DNA from: Longimicrobiales bacterium
GTDB taxonomy: Bacteria; Gemmatimonadota; Gemmatimonadetes; Longimicrobiales; Gaopeijiaceae
DNA length: 64,000 nt
Assembly (NCBI GenBank): GCA_963664435.2
Contig: CAXXKM010000002.1
Coordinates: forward strand, 768,001 to 832,000
Direction of reading: 5' to 3'
Below the pieces are notes generated by a model. The model was not told the DNA's origin. It was given only the letters and a program-made list of their open reading frames with translations, and did no database searches. A program made the translations under genes and the position numbers. Shown here in pieces: positions 41,038 through 52,232 of the stretch (position 1 is the first letter of the stretch; every line of letters starts with the position of its first letter).

Positions 41038-41724
41038 CTACCGCGTCTGGAACATGATGGGAAGCGAGATCCACACCGGGACCACCTTGTCCAGGTTGAG
41101 CGCCGGGGTGAACCTGAACACGGTTGCCACGCGCAACGCCGCGTCGTCGAGCGAAGCGTATCCGGAGGTCTCCGCGACGAGGGTGTTCTGAACGATCCCT
41201 TCCTCGTCGATGAAGAAGTGCACCGTCACCCTCCCGCCGATGCCGTTGTCGCGCAGGATCGGGGGATACTCCCGCTCCAGCGCACGCTCCACTTCACGTT
41301 GGTTGGTGAGGTCGGGACGGACGGTGTAGGGCGTGAACGACGGCGCCGCCGAGATGTCGACCGCCTCCTCGTCGGGAGGAGGAGGCAGCTCCTCGACCGG
41401 ATTGTCCTCGAAGGTGGTGGGCGCGATGGTGATGTCCTCGCTGATGTCGGCCGCGGCGATCACGGGGGTCGCGGGCCGGCTGATCGCCTGGGGCGGCGGG
41501 GGAATCTCGATCTCGGGCGGGAGTTCGATCGCCACGAGCTCCTCGGAGTCGAAGGAGACGTCCTCCGCGGTCATGCTCGGCCAGAACATGAACACCACGA
41601 AGTGAACCACGGTCGCGGCCAGAACCGATCCCCAGAACCAGGTGTCGAACGACTTCTTGAAGCGGTCGTTCGCCGTCTCCAGGGGCGCACCTTCCTGCAC
41701 CTGTACGGATTCGTTGTCGCTCAT
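41038..41724 (-). CDS. tonB: Energy transducer TonB
   Basis: Single TM, Pro-rich linker, YP..LRDNGIGGRV...FTPA. Confidence 0.9.
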   Translation of the reverse strand: MSDNESVQVQEGAPLETANDRFKKSFDTWFWGSVLAATVVHFVVFMFWPSMTAEDVSFDSEELVAIELPPEIEIPPPPQAISRPATPVIAAADISEDITIAPTTFEDNPVEELPPPPDEEAVDISAAPSFTPYTVRPDLTNQREVERALEREYPPILRDNGIGGRVTVHFFIDEEGIVQNTLVAETSGYASLDDAALRVATVFRFTPALNLDKVVPVWISLPIMFQTR

Positions 41725-41810
41725 CGCCTCTCCTCGTCATGCGGTCGAAGAACACCAGTTGGTACGATGGGGAGCAGAAACGGATCTGTCAACTAAGTTT
41801 TTAGTTGATG

Positions 41811-42216
41811 GTGGGAAGCGACTCCTTCCCCCATCCGCGGTACGCTGCCACTTCCGGTCCGGCGCATCCTCAGGAAGCTCGGCAGCGACATCCGGGACGC
41901 CCGGCTGCGACGGCGCATCCGCGCATCGACGATGGCCGAGCGCGCGCTGATCAGCCGCACGACGCTGCACAAGATCGAACGGGGTGATGCCGGCGTTTCC
42001 ATGGGCATGTATGCCACGGTCCTGTTCGTCCTGGGCATGCACGACGGCATCTCGGACCTGGCCGACCGCAGCCGGGACGGGATCGGGCTCGATCTGCTGG
42101 AGGAGCGCCTGCCTCAACGCGTCCGGGTACCGTCTGCCGGGCGTCGTCGGAGGGGCGGCGCGCGTCGGAGGGGCGACACGCGCCTTCCGGGCGCCGACGA
42201 CCAGGGTGCGGGATGA
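41811..42216 (+). pseudogene. XRE/HipB-like HTH antitoxin; no in-frame start before the conserved N-terminus and no toxin partner
   Basis: In-frame LPLPVRRILRKLGSDIRDARLRRRI..MAERALISRTTLHKIERGD; stop at 41806 precedes it with no start codon in between. Confidence 0.65.
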
Positions 42217-42248
42217 TGGACACCCCGGTCCTACGACGAGGAGGGCGC

Positions 42249-43565
42249 TCAATAGGACTGACGATTGTGGTTCATGAGGCCGGGGAAGGCGGCTACTGGC
42301 TCGACCTCGTATACCTCGATGAACTCGCGACCGAGTTCATCCTTGCGCAGCACCACGATGCGGTCATCGGCGATGTCCAGCAACTCATGGACCGGGCTCG
42401 GGATGGTGACTTCCCATTCAACGAGCGCGCGGCCGGTGATCGAGCCTTCACGGATCTGAAGCCAATCCGGACGGAAGACGGGAAGACGAATGGAGCCGAC
42501 CGGCGTTCCGTCCGGGCGGAGCATCGTCCAAAGCCGCTGCTCGGCCGATAGCTTCGCGTATTCTCCGATCCAGATCCTGCCACTGGCATCCACCTTGATG
42601 GACCCGAACGCCGGATACGTATCCCGTATATCTGATTGCGCCAATCTCCTCCTCCGGTCCGCCCGAACGATCTCCGGGAACATGTCCAGGTACAGATTGG
42701 TCCATTCCTCGCGTTCGCCCGGGGTAACCCTCCTCATGGAAGAACCGCCGCGGATCCTGGTACGCACGTTCGTGCCGTCGTACAGCGTCACGTCCAACGA
42801 GTCGTTCGTACCGACGACTGTATGGTCTCCCCGTCCGTCGTACAGTGCCGTACGCCCGAATCCGACGGCGTTCCACTGATTCGATGCGACGTAGCGCTCC
42901 TTGCCCGCCCACTCCCCCAATGTCTCGAGTGATCCTTCCCTGCCGGCACAGGCCACCAGGAACAGCGGACCGCGTTGCACGCCCGGCGGGAGATCGGGGC
43001 GGGTCTCGAGGACGCCGAGAAAGGCTTGCGCGTTCACATCCGCAAGGGGAACGACTTCTCCCGTTGCGACCGTGCATCGGCTTCGCTGGACCCCGATGAC
43101 GCCGCCCTCCCGATCGAGGAACGTGAACCGCCGCAAGGCTCGGTCATAGACGAACAGCGATCCATCGCTGGTGAGCCCAATCCGCGAGATCTCGGTGTAC
43201 TCGCCGGGGCCCTCTCCCTCTCGGCCCGCCTGTGCCCGCAGGCTCCCGTCCGGACGCAGGAAGCTGAGGTTGGGCGCAGCCTTGTCGGCAATAACCAGCG
43301 ACGCATCAGGTAGCAGGACCGCGCCCACCACCTCGACCAGGTCAAGATCGTCGGCCGTGGAGTGAAGCAGCGTCAGGCTGAGTTCAGGAAGGTCGAGGGC
43401 ATGCAGGTTCGGGATTCCGGCAACGCTCACTCCTCCAGAATCGACTACGCTTACCGGCCGGGCATCTGCGCCGGGATCAAGTCGTTGACCGGGCTCCGGC
43501 AGCTCCTCGCAACCGAGGGCCGGAAGCAGCGCCAGCAGGCAGGAGACGGATCCAGCCAATCGCAT
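42249..43565 (-). CDS. 6-bladed beta-propeller lipoprotein
   Basis: MRLAGSVSCLLALLPALGC lipobox; GREGEGPGEY; DASGRIWI; DELGREFIEVY. Confidence 0.82.
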   Translation of the reverse strand: MRLAGSVSCLLALLPALGCEELPEPGQRLDPGADARPVSVVDSGGVSVAGIPNLHALDLPELSLTLLHSTADDLDLVEVVGAVLLPDASLVIADKAAPNLSFLRPDGSLRAQAGREGEGPGEYTEISRIGLTSDGSLFVYDRALRRFTFLDREGGVIGVQRSRCTVATGEVVPLADVNAQAFLGVLETRPDLPPGVQRGPLFLVACAGREGSLETLGEWAGKERYVASNQWNAVGFGRTALYDGRGDHTVVGTNDSLDVTLYDGTNVRTRIRGGSSMRRVTPGEREEWTNLYLDMFPEIVRADRRRRLAQSDIRDTYPAFGSIKVDASGRIWIGEYAKLSAEQRLWTMLRPDGTPVGSIRLPVFRPDWLQIREGSITGRALVEWEVTIPSPVHELLDIADDRIVVLRKDELGREFIEVYEVEPVAAFPGLMNHNRQSY

Positions 43566-43606
43566 TGGGAACCCGCGTCTTAAGAAGGACCCCATTTGCC
43601 GCCCCC

Positions 43607-45352
43607 CTACGCGCCCGGCGCCTCCACCCGCACCGTGAGGATGTCGGTGTCGTGGTACTTCTGGTGCCGGACCGACCCGGCCAGGTGCCGCAGCAGCCGC
43701 AACGAGAAGTCGTGCTGGGCTTCGATCTCGACCGATTGTTCCGCGGCCAGCGCCATCCGGTCCTCCAGGTTCCCTCCTCCTGACACGGCAAGGAACTCCA
43801 GTTCCGCCGCTCCGCGCTCGGAACGCACGCTGAGTCGCAACCGCCGCGCCGGGCCGTCGGCGTCGCCCTCTTCCCCCATCAGGCTCACCAGCGCCTCTTC
43901 CGAAGCCAGATGTACCCGCTGGAGCATGTCGCCGCCCCATCCCGCACCCGCCGCGGCACTCTCGATGAACGCCCTGATCCCGGGCAGCGCGTCCACCTCG
44001 AGCGTCGTCACCAGACGCTGGCGGCGCGGGCCGGCGAGCTCGACGAACACCGACAGCGCGAGCGCCGCCAGCCCGCCCGAGGTCATGCCGTTCCCCAGCA
44101 TCTCGGCGAAGAAGGGGTTCATCCGGTCGACGAACAGGCCGCCGCTCTGGAAGCCGTAGCCGACCCAGAACGAGACCCCGACGATGGCCGCCTTCTGATA
44201 GTTGATGCCGTCCGCTACGACGATGCGCATGCCCAGAACGAACAGGATCGCGATCAGCACGATCAGATAGGTGCCGATGATCGCGTCGGGGACCGAGAGG
44301 ATCACCGCCACGAACTTGGGTAGCAGGGCCAGCGCGCAGAACCCGACGCCGATGGCGACGCCAACCCGCCGCGCGGCCACCCCCGTGATCTCCACGATCG
44401 CAACGGTGCTCGAATAGGTCGTGTTGGGAACCGTGGCGAGCAGTCCCGAAAGGAGGTTGCCCAGACCGTCCGCCATGACCGCCCCCTGCACCCCGCGAAA
44501 GTCCGTGGCCCGCTCTTTCCGCCACGACACGCGCTGCACGGCCACCGCATCGCCGATGGTCTCGATCGCCCCCACCAGCGTGACGAACACGAACGCCGGA
44601 AGCAGCGCCCAGAAGACGGGCCCGAAGCTGAAGTCGAATCCCGGCCAGCCCGCCAGCGGCAGTCCGAACCACGGGGCCGCGGCCACCGCGTCCCACGAGA
44701 ACGCGCCGAAGAAGCCGGCGACCGCGCTCCCGGCCAGGATCCCGATCACGGGCCCCCACAGCCGCATCGCCCCGGTGGCGCGCAGCACGATCACCATGGT
44801 GACGCCAAGGGTTACCGCGGCCGTGACCGGCCCGGCCGCCGGCGCCACCCCCTCGGGCACCCGCGCGATCAAGTCGAGGATCAGCGGCATCACCGTCACC
44901 GCGATCAGCATGATCACCGTCCCCGCGACGGTCGGCGTGATGATCCGCCGCAGCAGCGACAGCCGCGACGCCAGCACGAACTGAAACACCGCCGAGACCG
45001 CCACCAACGTTGCCAGCAGCGCCGGCCCCCCCTGCGCGAGCGCCGTCACCGACACCGCGATGAACGCCCCCGACGTGCCCATCAACAGGATGTATCCCGC
45101 TCCGAGGCGTCCCACGCGCCTGGCCTGGACGATGGTCGCGATGCCGCTCACCAGCAGCGCGGCGCACGCCGCCCACGACAGAAAGAGCTCGCTCTGGCCG
45201 GCCGCCCGTACCACGATCGCGACGGTCAGAACCACCGGCCCCAGGGTGAGCAGACAGTACTGCAGAGCCAATCCGATGGTGACGGGCCAGCCGGGATTCT
45301 CGTCGGGTTGGAATCGAACACCGGGACCGGATCGGCTGGTGGGCAGCGCCAT
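43607..45352 (-). CDS. NCS2 (uracil/xanthine) permease fused to an RsbW-like HATPase domain
   Basis: AIETIGD, DGLGN, PNTTYS signature; C-terminal LASEEALV...SLRLLRHLA. Confidence 0.85.
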   Translation of the reverse strand: MALPTSRSGPGVRFQPDENPGWPVTIGLALQYCLLTLGPVVLTVAIVVRAAGQSELFLSWAACAALLVSGIATIVQARRVGRLGAGYILLMGTSGAFIAVSVTALAQGGPALLATLVAVSAVFQFVLASRLSLLRRIITPTVAGTVIMLIAVTVMPLILDLIARVPEGVAPAAGPVTAAVTLGVTMVIVLRATGAMRLWGPVIGILAGSAVAGFFGAFSWDAVAAAPWFGLPLAGWPGFDFSFGPVFWALLPAFVFVTLVGAIETIGDAVAVQRVSWRKERATDFRGVQGAVMADGLGNLLSGLLATVPNTTYSSTVAIVEITGVAARRVGVAIGVGFCALALLPKFVAVILSVPDAIIGTYLIVLIAILFVLGMRIVVADGINYQKAAIVGVSFWVGYGFQSGGLFVDRMNPFFAEMLGNGMTSGGLAALALSVFVELAGPRRQRLVTTLEVDALPGIRAFIESAAAGAGWGGDMLQRVHLASEEALVSLMGEEGDADGPARRLRLSVRSERGAAELEFLAVSGGGNLEDRMALAAEQSVEIEAQHDFSLRLLRHLAGSVRHQKYHDTDILTVRVEAPGA

Positions 45353-45695
45353 GGGGCTCCCTCTTCTGCGGTTCGTGGATCGAAGGATTCTGAATCTGGG
45401 AGAGACGGCTGCTCTCCGCGAGGACTCCGATGGCTGGGGGTCAGCTCTCAGCAGACATCCGCGCACTCGCCGCGCACCACGCCGTAGAGCATCACCCAGA
45501 GCATCTCGCCTGGGTAGTTCTGCTCATCCTCGCGGGTAGACCATGACGCAGCTTTCCCGGCTGCGGGCGCAAGTCGAGGCGCCGCCAAGCCTTGTTGCGC
45601 CTGGAGGCGCATTGCTCAACCTTGCGGGCCGCCGAAACGTTGCGCAAGTATAATGGGCGCAGAAATTTAGCCACGATATTGAGGGAGCATCCCCA

Positions 45696-46886
45696 ATGCC
45701 GAGTACCCGGCTGTGCCAGCTAGCAGTGGGGAGCTTCTTTGCTCTCTCCTCCCCGGTGCTCCAGGCTCAGGAAGTGATCGAGCTTCCCGCCGAAGACCGG
45801 ATCCTCGAGGCGGAGTTCGAGGAGGTCTACCGGGTGGGGTCCCTTGATGGTGCCGCGTGGGAGCAGTTCAGCCGGGTCTTCGCGGTCGGCTTCGGCCAGT
45901 CCGGCGACCTGTATGTGATGGACGACCAGGGCGGACGGATTGTGGTTGTGAGCAGGGAGGGCGAGTTCGTCCGCGAATTCGGGCGGATTGGCGATGGGCC
46001 CGGGGAGTTTGCCGCCAATACCAACACGGCCGTCGGATTCACGGTGCTCCGCGACGGACGCACGGTGGTGTTCGATCCGGGCCATAGTGCATTTGACCTG
46101 TTCGGACCGGACGGCGAGTTCGAGCGCTCGGTGCGCATGCCCGGCAACTCACTCTACACGATCCGGACCTTGTTGCCCGCCAGGGACGGTCAGAACGTCA
46201 TCACGCCACGCGTATCAGCCTTCGGCAGGGGAGGCCCTGCCGGCGGCCCCGAGCCACCGTTCCGCCCCGTCTACCGATTGGTCCTTACCGGCGATGAGGC
46301 TGTGCAGGACACGGTGATCCGGGCCTGGCGGCCATCGGGAGATCCGGACGGCTTCAGACCGGAGCTGGTGGCCGGGGCGCTGCCGGACGGTCGCCTGGTC
46401 TACACCGACTCTTCCGCCTATGCGATCAAAGTGGCTGCGGGAAACGGGGACCTTGCCCGGGTGCTCACCCGGCCGTTTCGACCTGAACCTGTCACCGGCC
46501 GCATCAGGGATCGGGAGATCGAACGCCAGTTGGAGGAAAACGAGGAGCGCCCCGCCAGATCGAATGCCCGGTTCGCCGCCGCGCTGGCCGACATGAGACG
46601 CGAGCGGATCCAGAACATGGAGTTCTACCCCGAAGTCCCGGTGGTCCGCGACCTGAAAACCAGCTGGGAGGGGACCATCTGGGTGCTTCGGCGCGGGGAG
46701 GAACCTGCCAGCGATGGCCCGATCGATGTGCTGGCCCCCGACGGCCGCTACATCGGGACGTACGCTGCCAGCGCGACCGAGTTGCCCGACGCGTTCGGGC
46801 CGGACGGGCTGGCGGCGTTCATCGAGCGTGACGAATTCGACGTGACGAGCGTGGTGGTGCGGCGACTGTCGGGCGATGTGAGGTAG
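45696..46886 (+). CDS. 6-bladed beta-propeller secreted protein
   Basis: Signal peptide; [23 protein letters not shown]. Confidence 0.85.
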   Translation: MPSTRLCQLAVGSFFALSSPVLQAQEVIELPAEDRILEAEFEEVYRVGSLDGAAWEQFSRVFAVGFGQSGDLYVMDDQGGRIVVVSREGEFVREFGRIGDGPGEFAANTNTAVGFTVLRDGRTVVFDPGHSAFDLFGPDGEFERSVRMPGNSLYTIRTLLPARDGQNVITPRVSAFGRGGPAGGPEPPFRPVYRLVLTGDEAVQDTVIRAWRPSGDPDGFRPELVAGALPDGRLVYTDSSAYAIKVAAGNGDLARVLTRPFRPEPVTGRIRDREIERQLEENEERPARSNARFAAALADMRRERIQNMEFYPEVPVVRDLKTSWEGTIWVLRRGEEPASDGPIDVLAPDGRYIGTYAASATELPDAFGPDGLAAFIERDEFDVTSVVVRRLSGDVR

Positions 46887-47016
46887 GGCTCACCGGCCCA
46901 ACTTCCTGGCCGGCCAGGCCCCGGGTCTCTCGAGCTCAACCCTCACCAGATCGAGGATCCTGGAGGGCCGAACCACTTCGCTGGCGGCCCCCTTCCACAA
47001 TCCCCCTCCCGGTCTC

Positions 47017-47985
47017 CTACTCCACGACCGTATGCCGGCCGGGCAGGTTGGCGGGGGCGTACCCCAGCGCGGGATCGTCCATGCGCGCCAGGACGCTTCT
47101 GTGGATGAGCGCACCTGGCGGGATGGTTCGCGGCGCCGGCCTCCACAGCTTCCACAGGCCGGTTCTCGAAACGTGGAGGCGGCCGGCGGGATCGGGTGAG
47201 AGCCTGCGGCGCCAGTGCGGTCTCAGGCGCAGGCCCCGGGCCTCGGCCCTGTTCAGCATCCATTCCAGTGCGATGTCGGAGAGGCCGGCATCCGTATACC
47301 AGCCGCCGACATCGGAGTGGACGCCGGCGAACCAGACCTGCTCGATCGTCTGGTGATCGGCCTTGACGTCCTCGCTCCACATGTTGGCCGGGAACTTCTT
47401 GCGCTGCTCGTCGATGGAGACCGCGTGGTAGCCGTACTTCACGTCCTGGTTCAGCGTTGAATCGAAGAACTTCCGGCCCCAGAACCAGCCCATCGAGCCG
47501 ACCGTGTCCCATACGCCGATGAGGTGCGGACGGCAGTCGTGGCAATAGGTCCGCTTGAACCCGGGCGCCATGCCGTGACGCGCGCGGTCGTTGTAGATCC
47601 GGGACGCGTACGGCACCAGGTTGAGGCTGCCCTTCTGCAGCAGGCCGCAAAGGTTCAGCATCCCGGCCAGCGCGCGCACGGTGAACGCGCCGCGGCTGAA
47701 GCCGAACAGATACAGCCTGTCACCCGGCTCGTACCGGTCCATGAGGAACCGGTAGGCATCCTCTATGTTCTGCTGGAGCCCGGCACCGAACGCCTTCCCC
47801 AGCGTCCGGCCCACCCGCCGTCCGAGCGTCCTGCCGAGAAAGCTGAAGGTTCCGACGCCCGGATCGTAGAAGGCGACCTGGTCCCCGTCGCGAACGATCG
47901 CCTCGTACAGCTTCACGACGTTGGTGTTGTTCGAGCCGTATTCGTTGCCCGTGCCGTCACAGCACACGACGATGTTCTTCGACAT
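47017..47985 (-). CDS. DUF2235 (Tle1-like phospholipase) protein
   Basis: CCDGTGN, GFSRGA, GVWDTV, FAGVHSDVGG. Confidence 0.92.
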   Translation of the reverse strand: MSKNIVVCCDGTGNEYGSNNTNVVKLYEAIVRDGDQVAFYDPGVGTFSFLGRTLGRRVGRTLGKAFGAGLQQNIEDAYRFLMDRYEPGDRLYLFGFSRGAFTVRALAGMLNLCGLLQKGSLNLVPYASRIYNDRARHGMAPGFKRTYCHDCRPHLIGVWDTVGSMGWFWGRKFFDSTLNQDVKYGYHAVSIDEQRKKFPANMWSEDVKADHQTIEQVWFAGVHSDVGGWYTDAGLSDIALEWMLNRAEARGLRLRPHWRRRLSPDPAGRLHVSRTGLWKLWRPAPRTIPPGALIHRSVLARMDDPALGYAPANLPGRHTVVE

Positions 47986-48111
47986 GTGTGTATTCCGTTG
48001 GTGATGGTTGCAGTCGAGAGTCGAGTTCGGTCATAAGTCTGGCAGAGAAGGCTTGTCTCCGCGAGACTTCCGATGCGTGGATTGTGCAGTCCATCATCGA
48101 AGGGAGGCAGC

Positions 48112-48474
48112 GTGCAACGCGTTCAGGGATTCGGCGGGTTCTTCTTCCGGGCGCAGGACCCGGCAGGACTTGCGAAATGGTATGAGGATCACCTCGGCAT
48201 CAATCCCGCCCCGAAGAACATGGAGATGCCGCCCTGGGTGACCGAGTCCGGGGTCACGGTCTTCGGACCCTTCGCCGCCGACACGGACTACTTCGCCGCG
48301 GACAAGACGTTCATGCTGAACTTCCGCGTGGCCGATCTGGACGCGATGATCGCACAACTGAAGTCCGCGGACATCGAGGTCAGCCACGAAAGCGAGATGG
48401 AGGGCATCGGCCGCTTCGCCCGCATCCACGACCCCGAAGGCAATGCGATCGAGCTTTGGGAGCCGGTGGGGTGA
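48112..48474 (+). CDS. VOC/glyoxalase family protein
   Basis: RVQGFGGFFFRA...LNFRVADL...HDPEGNAIELWEP. Confidence 0.9.
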   Translation: MQRVQGFGGFFFRAQDPAGLAKWYEDHLGINPAPKNMEMPPWVTESGVTVFGPFAADTDYFAADKTFMLNFRVADLDAMIAQLKSADIEVSHESEMEGIGRFARIHDPEGNAIELWEPVG

Positions 48475-48482
48475 GAAGGGCT

Positions 48483-48920
48483 TCACTGCCAGGCGGGGAC
48501 GCGGATCCCCACAGCGACTCCTCCCGACCGGTACCACGCCGGCCCAACCCGCAGCTCCGCGTTGCTCTCCTCAGTAATGGCTTGTTCGATGGCACGGACG
48601 ACGACCATCGCGGGCAACCCGATCAGAGCTCCAACCCCCGCCGCCTTGGCGATGGTCTCGGCGTGCTCACCCGCGCCTTCGCACTTTGGTACGGGCGGCG
48701 CGACACAGAAGCCGGCCGCGGGTGCCGGGGGCGGGGCGAGGTAGCTCTCCCCGGAACACTGGCTCACCCCCACGAGACTTCCGACAACAGCGCCAGCCAG
48801 GATCCCCTCGACGATGGCCCTCTCGTACCAGAGCCACTCGGTGTCAGCCGGTGGTTCCTGATTCTGTGCAATGAGCGGAGAGGAGGTCGCGAGCGCGACC
48901 AGGGCGAGTCGCTTGAACAT
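48483..48920 (-). CDS. Secreted/membrane hypothetical protein
   Basis: Signal peptide, Gly-zipper-like hydrophobic segments. Confidence 0.55.
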   Translation of the reverse strand: MFKRLALVALATSSPLIAQNQEPPADTEWLWYERAIVEGILAGAVVGSLVGVSQCSGESYLAPPPAPAAGFCVAPPVPKCEGAGEHAETIAKAAGVGALIGLPAMVVVRAIEQAITEESNAELRVGPAWYRSGGVAVGIRVPAWQ

Positions 48921-49039
48921 GAAGGAGGCTCCCGAACTCAAGGGTCACCGCGTAGCGCAGCGTTTTACGGTGATCCCCGAACGTAGCGACCTGCTTCTGG
49001 CGTCGCGAGATAGCCGATAGGATCGCGCGTGGCATCAGT

Positions 49040-49648
49040 GCCTCCTCTTCGACTACAGCCGCCGGTGCCGGCAGCGAGGCGTTGACGCACCGTATGACTT
49101 TGTTATCCAGGAGCACGCTCCTCGCTCTTTTACCGCGGCAGCCGACCGGGACCGGCTCGCGCGCCGTGGCATCAAGCTGCCGACGACAACGGCAGCCCGG
49201 GCGGCGGCCTTCTCGCAACGATCGGCTACGAAGGACGAAGCTACGAGGCCTACTTGAACCAGCTGCTTGGGCTGGGGATCTCTCGTCTCTGCGATGTTCG
49301 GCAGAACCCCCTCAGTCGCAAGTGGGGATTCTCGAAGCGACTCCTCTCTCAAGGCTGTGAAGAGCTCGGCATCCGGTATGAGTCCTTTCCGGAGCTGGGC
49401 ATCGCATCCAGGCACCGCGCCAGTCCCGGCGACCGGGCATCCTACAGCCGCCTCTTTGCTCGCTACGAAACCACGACTGTGCCGCGCTGTTGGGACGCCG
49501 TGGCTCGAATCGCGGGGGATGGATCGACGCGCGAGAGCGCGTGGCGATCACCTGCTATGAACGCGATTCACGCGACTGTCATCGTTCCCGCCTCGCTACG
49601 GCCATCGTCAAGAGCGCCTCCAGGTCCCTCTCGCCGAGACACCCGTAG
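49040..49648 (+). pseudogene. Degraded DUF488 copy
   Basis: Nucleotide paralogue of 61044-61814 with an internal deletion and frameshifts. Confidence 0.85.
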
Positions 49649-49728
49649 GAGGGCATAGCCCGCCCAGTCAGGTCCAAGACGGTCACCGACACGCCATCAC
49701 CAGATCCTGCCGATTCCGCAGGCGTCCG

Positions 49729-50360
49729 ATGCCGCATCCGCGGATACGACCAACTGGAGCGCGCGTCCGCCGCGAGAGGATGGTGCCCGGGCGGGCGCGG
49801 CGGGCGAGGGCGCCGGTCGACGAGGGGTGGGTCGACATGGAGGCTTGGCGGCGTGCCGAGGCGCAGGCTTGGGAGAAGGTCGAGGATCGGCGCATGCTGG
49901 AACTCTCGCGGCTGGAGAGCCGGGCGCGGGAGGAATGGGCCGAGCTGCTCAAGCGGCAGGAGGACATGCGCCAGAGGCTCGACCGGGAGAGCCGCTCGCT
50001 GCTCGGGCGGCTTCGGATCTGGCGGATCGACCGCTCGTTGCGGGAACTGGCCGGGGCGGTCCGGGGCCGGGAGGACCTTGTCGAGGGCTGGCGTGAGGAT
50101 CTCGACCGGTACAACAAGGGCGAGCGAGCCGCGCCGGGCAAGGCACACGCCGACAGCGCTCGGCAGATCGAGAGGAAGGTGCGCGAGGTGTACCGAAAGG
50201 GGCTGCAAGACGAGGAACGGCACGCACGGATCACTGTCCGGACCTCGTCAAGCGGGCGGCGCAGGAGATGAAGGAGCGCGGCCTCAGCATAACCCGCATC
50301 CCCGTACGGCCGCCCCGGCCCCTAGGCCCCGAGCGTGGCGGCGGAGGATTCGAGAGGTGA
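49729..50360 (+). pseudogene. C-terminal remnant of a relaxase/mobilisation protein
   Basis: Charged coiled-coil (SLLGRLR) ending, after a frameshift, in ...GPERGGGGFER*; no catalytic domain visible. Confidence 0.45.
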
Positions 50361-50677
50361 ACATTGACTCCTCGTTCCTCGCCAAGCGGGTCGTTCCAGA
50401 ACGGCCGAACCCAGAGCGGTTTTGGCGCATCTCTAGGGGCTCTGGGGATCGCCCAAGATCGACGATCGCCGACCTCCGAAGGGTGCTCGGGTCGGGTGAG
50501 AGTAGGGCTCCAGCACAGCCTCGACGAGGAACCGAGGGGATCCCGAAGCGGACCCGGATGGCTGCCGGGCTCTCGCCCTGAGCTAGCGCCATCCTCGCCC
50601 GGTCTTTCGCGACGAGACCGTCGAAGCCCGAGACTGCCTTGATGGCATGAATGGTCGCAGCACGGTAAAATAAGGTT

Positions 50678-51190
50678 GTGGTGTTCCGTTCCCCTTTGAC
50701 TCCCGGTTCCCCCCGCTCCGAGCGGTTGACCGCGAGCCCATGTCATGCACGTTGGAGGGTTCCCTTGCGCCGAGCCATTGATTCTCACACGTCGTATTCG
50801 GAACGGGTTGCTCAACTGATCCCGGCAGAGGTCGTCGCGGCCCACCTGACCATCCAGGGGTTGGTCTACAACCAAATCACGATCCGGGACCGTGCCATCG
50901 AGATAACGGCAGGAGTGCTGTTGGTCCTTCTCCCCTTCTATCTTTGGAGGTTGGGAGTTACGACGATGAAGCAGATCGTTCTGACGATGGGGAGCTTCGT
51001 CGCCTGGGTTCTCGCAGTCAGCCTCCCCGTCCATCAGAGATCCGGGTTGGACCCGCTTTGGGGGTCGATCATCCTGATCCTGTGGACCGTAGTGATTCCT
51101 GTCATCGCAGCCCCCAGCGTAGCGGGATCCTCTCCAGATGCGGACGATATGACGGCAAGTGGGGGAGGCCAGGGAGGGAGAACGGGATGA
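50678..51190 (+). CDS. 4-TM membrane protein (start uncertain)
   Basis: YSERVAQLIPAEVVA followed by TM helices. Confidence 0.65.
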   Translation: MVFRSPLTPGSPRSERLTASPCHARWRVPLRRAIDSHTSYSERVAQLIPAEVVAAHLTIQGLVYNQITIRDRAIEITAGVLLVLLPFYLWRLGVTTMKQIVLTMGSFVAWVLAVSLPVHQRSGLDPLWGSIILILWTVVIPVIAAPSVAGSSPDADDMTASGGGQGGRTG

Positions 51191-51975
51191 CGCGCGTCTG
51201 GCTGTGCCTCGCGCTAGCGGCGGCTCCGCTAGCTTCCCCAGCTCGGGCGCAGGATTTTCTGGAGCCCGACCGAATCATTAACCGCACGCGATTCTACGCT
51301 TCCCCGCTCGGAACTCTGGCTTTCCTTCCGCAAGTCACCAGGTCTGAGAACGCCAAGTACGCTGGCCAATGGGATTTGCTCGTCGAGAGCGGACGGTACA
51401 GGATTGCCCCAAGCGGTCAGTATTGCTTTGTCCTGAACCACCGGGATCGCGCCCAAGAGGGCAGACGTTCATATGTCGTGATCGGAGCCACGTCCATTCT
51501 CCCTTCTGGAACTCGACCGGCGCGCCCCATTTCGATGTTCAGGAATCCGGGATGGTCACGAAGTGATGACCCGGAATACTCTCGCGAGAACGGTTTGCCG
51601 AAGCACGTATCACTAACGCTGGAGACGTTCGTCGGAGCGCATGATCAGAGTGAGCTTGAGGAGAACGACCGGCTCTTGACTCACCGTTGGCACGGTGATT
51701 TTGGCGGTGGGGAGTCGTGGGTGGATCGCGATTTGTGGGTCGAAGCGGCTTCGGTCGAGCCAGAAGTGATTTCCGGCTTGGTGGGAGACGAAGAAGGACG
51801 ACCCGATTTGCGATTCGACGCCAAGCTCCTCCGGTTTATCTTCACGGGGGAACGCAATTCCGATCGGCCTGTTGCATTCTGCATGGAAGGTGATCGCCGA
51901 ATCGCCACCATCGTGACGGTGTTCAGCCCGCACTTCCACGTCGCGGAGAGACGGTTCGAGCTGGTCTTCCGGTAA
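51187..51975 (+). CDS. Secreted hypothetical protein
   Basis: MTRVWLCLALAAAPLASPARA signal; ATGA coupling. Confidence 0.7.
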   Translation: MTRVWLCLALAAAPLASPARAQDFLEPDRIINRTRFYASPLGTLAFLPQVTRSENAKYAGQWDLLVESGRYRIAPSGQYCFVLNHRDRAQEGRRSYVVIGATSILPSGTRPARPISMFRNPGWSRSDDPEYSRENGLPKHVSLTLETFVGAHDQSELEENDRLLTHRWHGDFGGGESWVDRDLWVEAASVEPEVISGLVGDEEGRPDLRFDAKLLRFIFTGERNSDRPVAFCMEGDRRIATIVTVFSPHFHVAERRFELVFR

Positions 51976-52232
51976 ACACTCACGCTCGGGGTGGGGTCTT
52001 GCGGTTAGGGCGTTCGCGAGGCGCTCCGTTCACCCCGTGGCGCGGAAGGTGGATCGATTCGCTGGCCTCCTGTCCGAGAGCCGGCGCGAGACGCTGAGTC
52101 CGGTCGCGGCGAGCACGCGCCCTCCCGCGGTCAGAGCGGCCGTTCGGCCCCGGGAGCGCCGCGCCTGCCGATACGGACCTAGGCTGGAAGTTAGCCGAGG
52201 CGCGTGCCTCGGTACCTTTGATCGTTCCCCAG

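Noticed and set aside
45447..45560. Protein-like fragment on the minus strand (...EQNYPGEMLWVMLYGVVRGECADVC*)
   Set aside because: No start codon context or recognisable family; too weak to call
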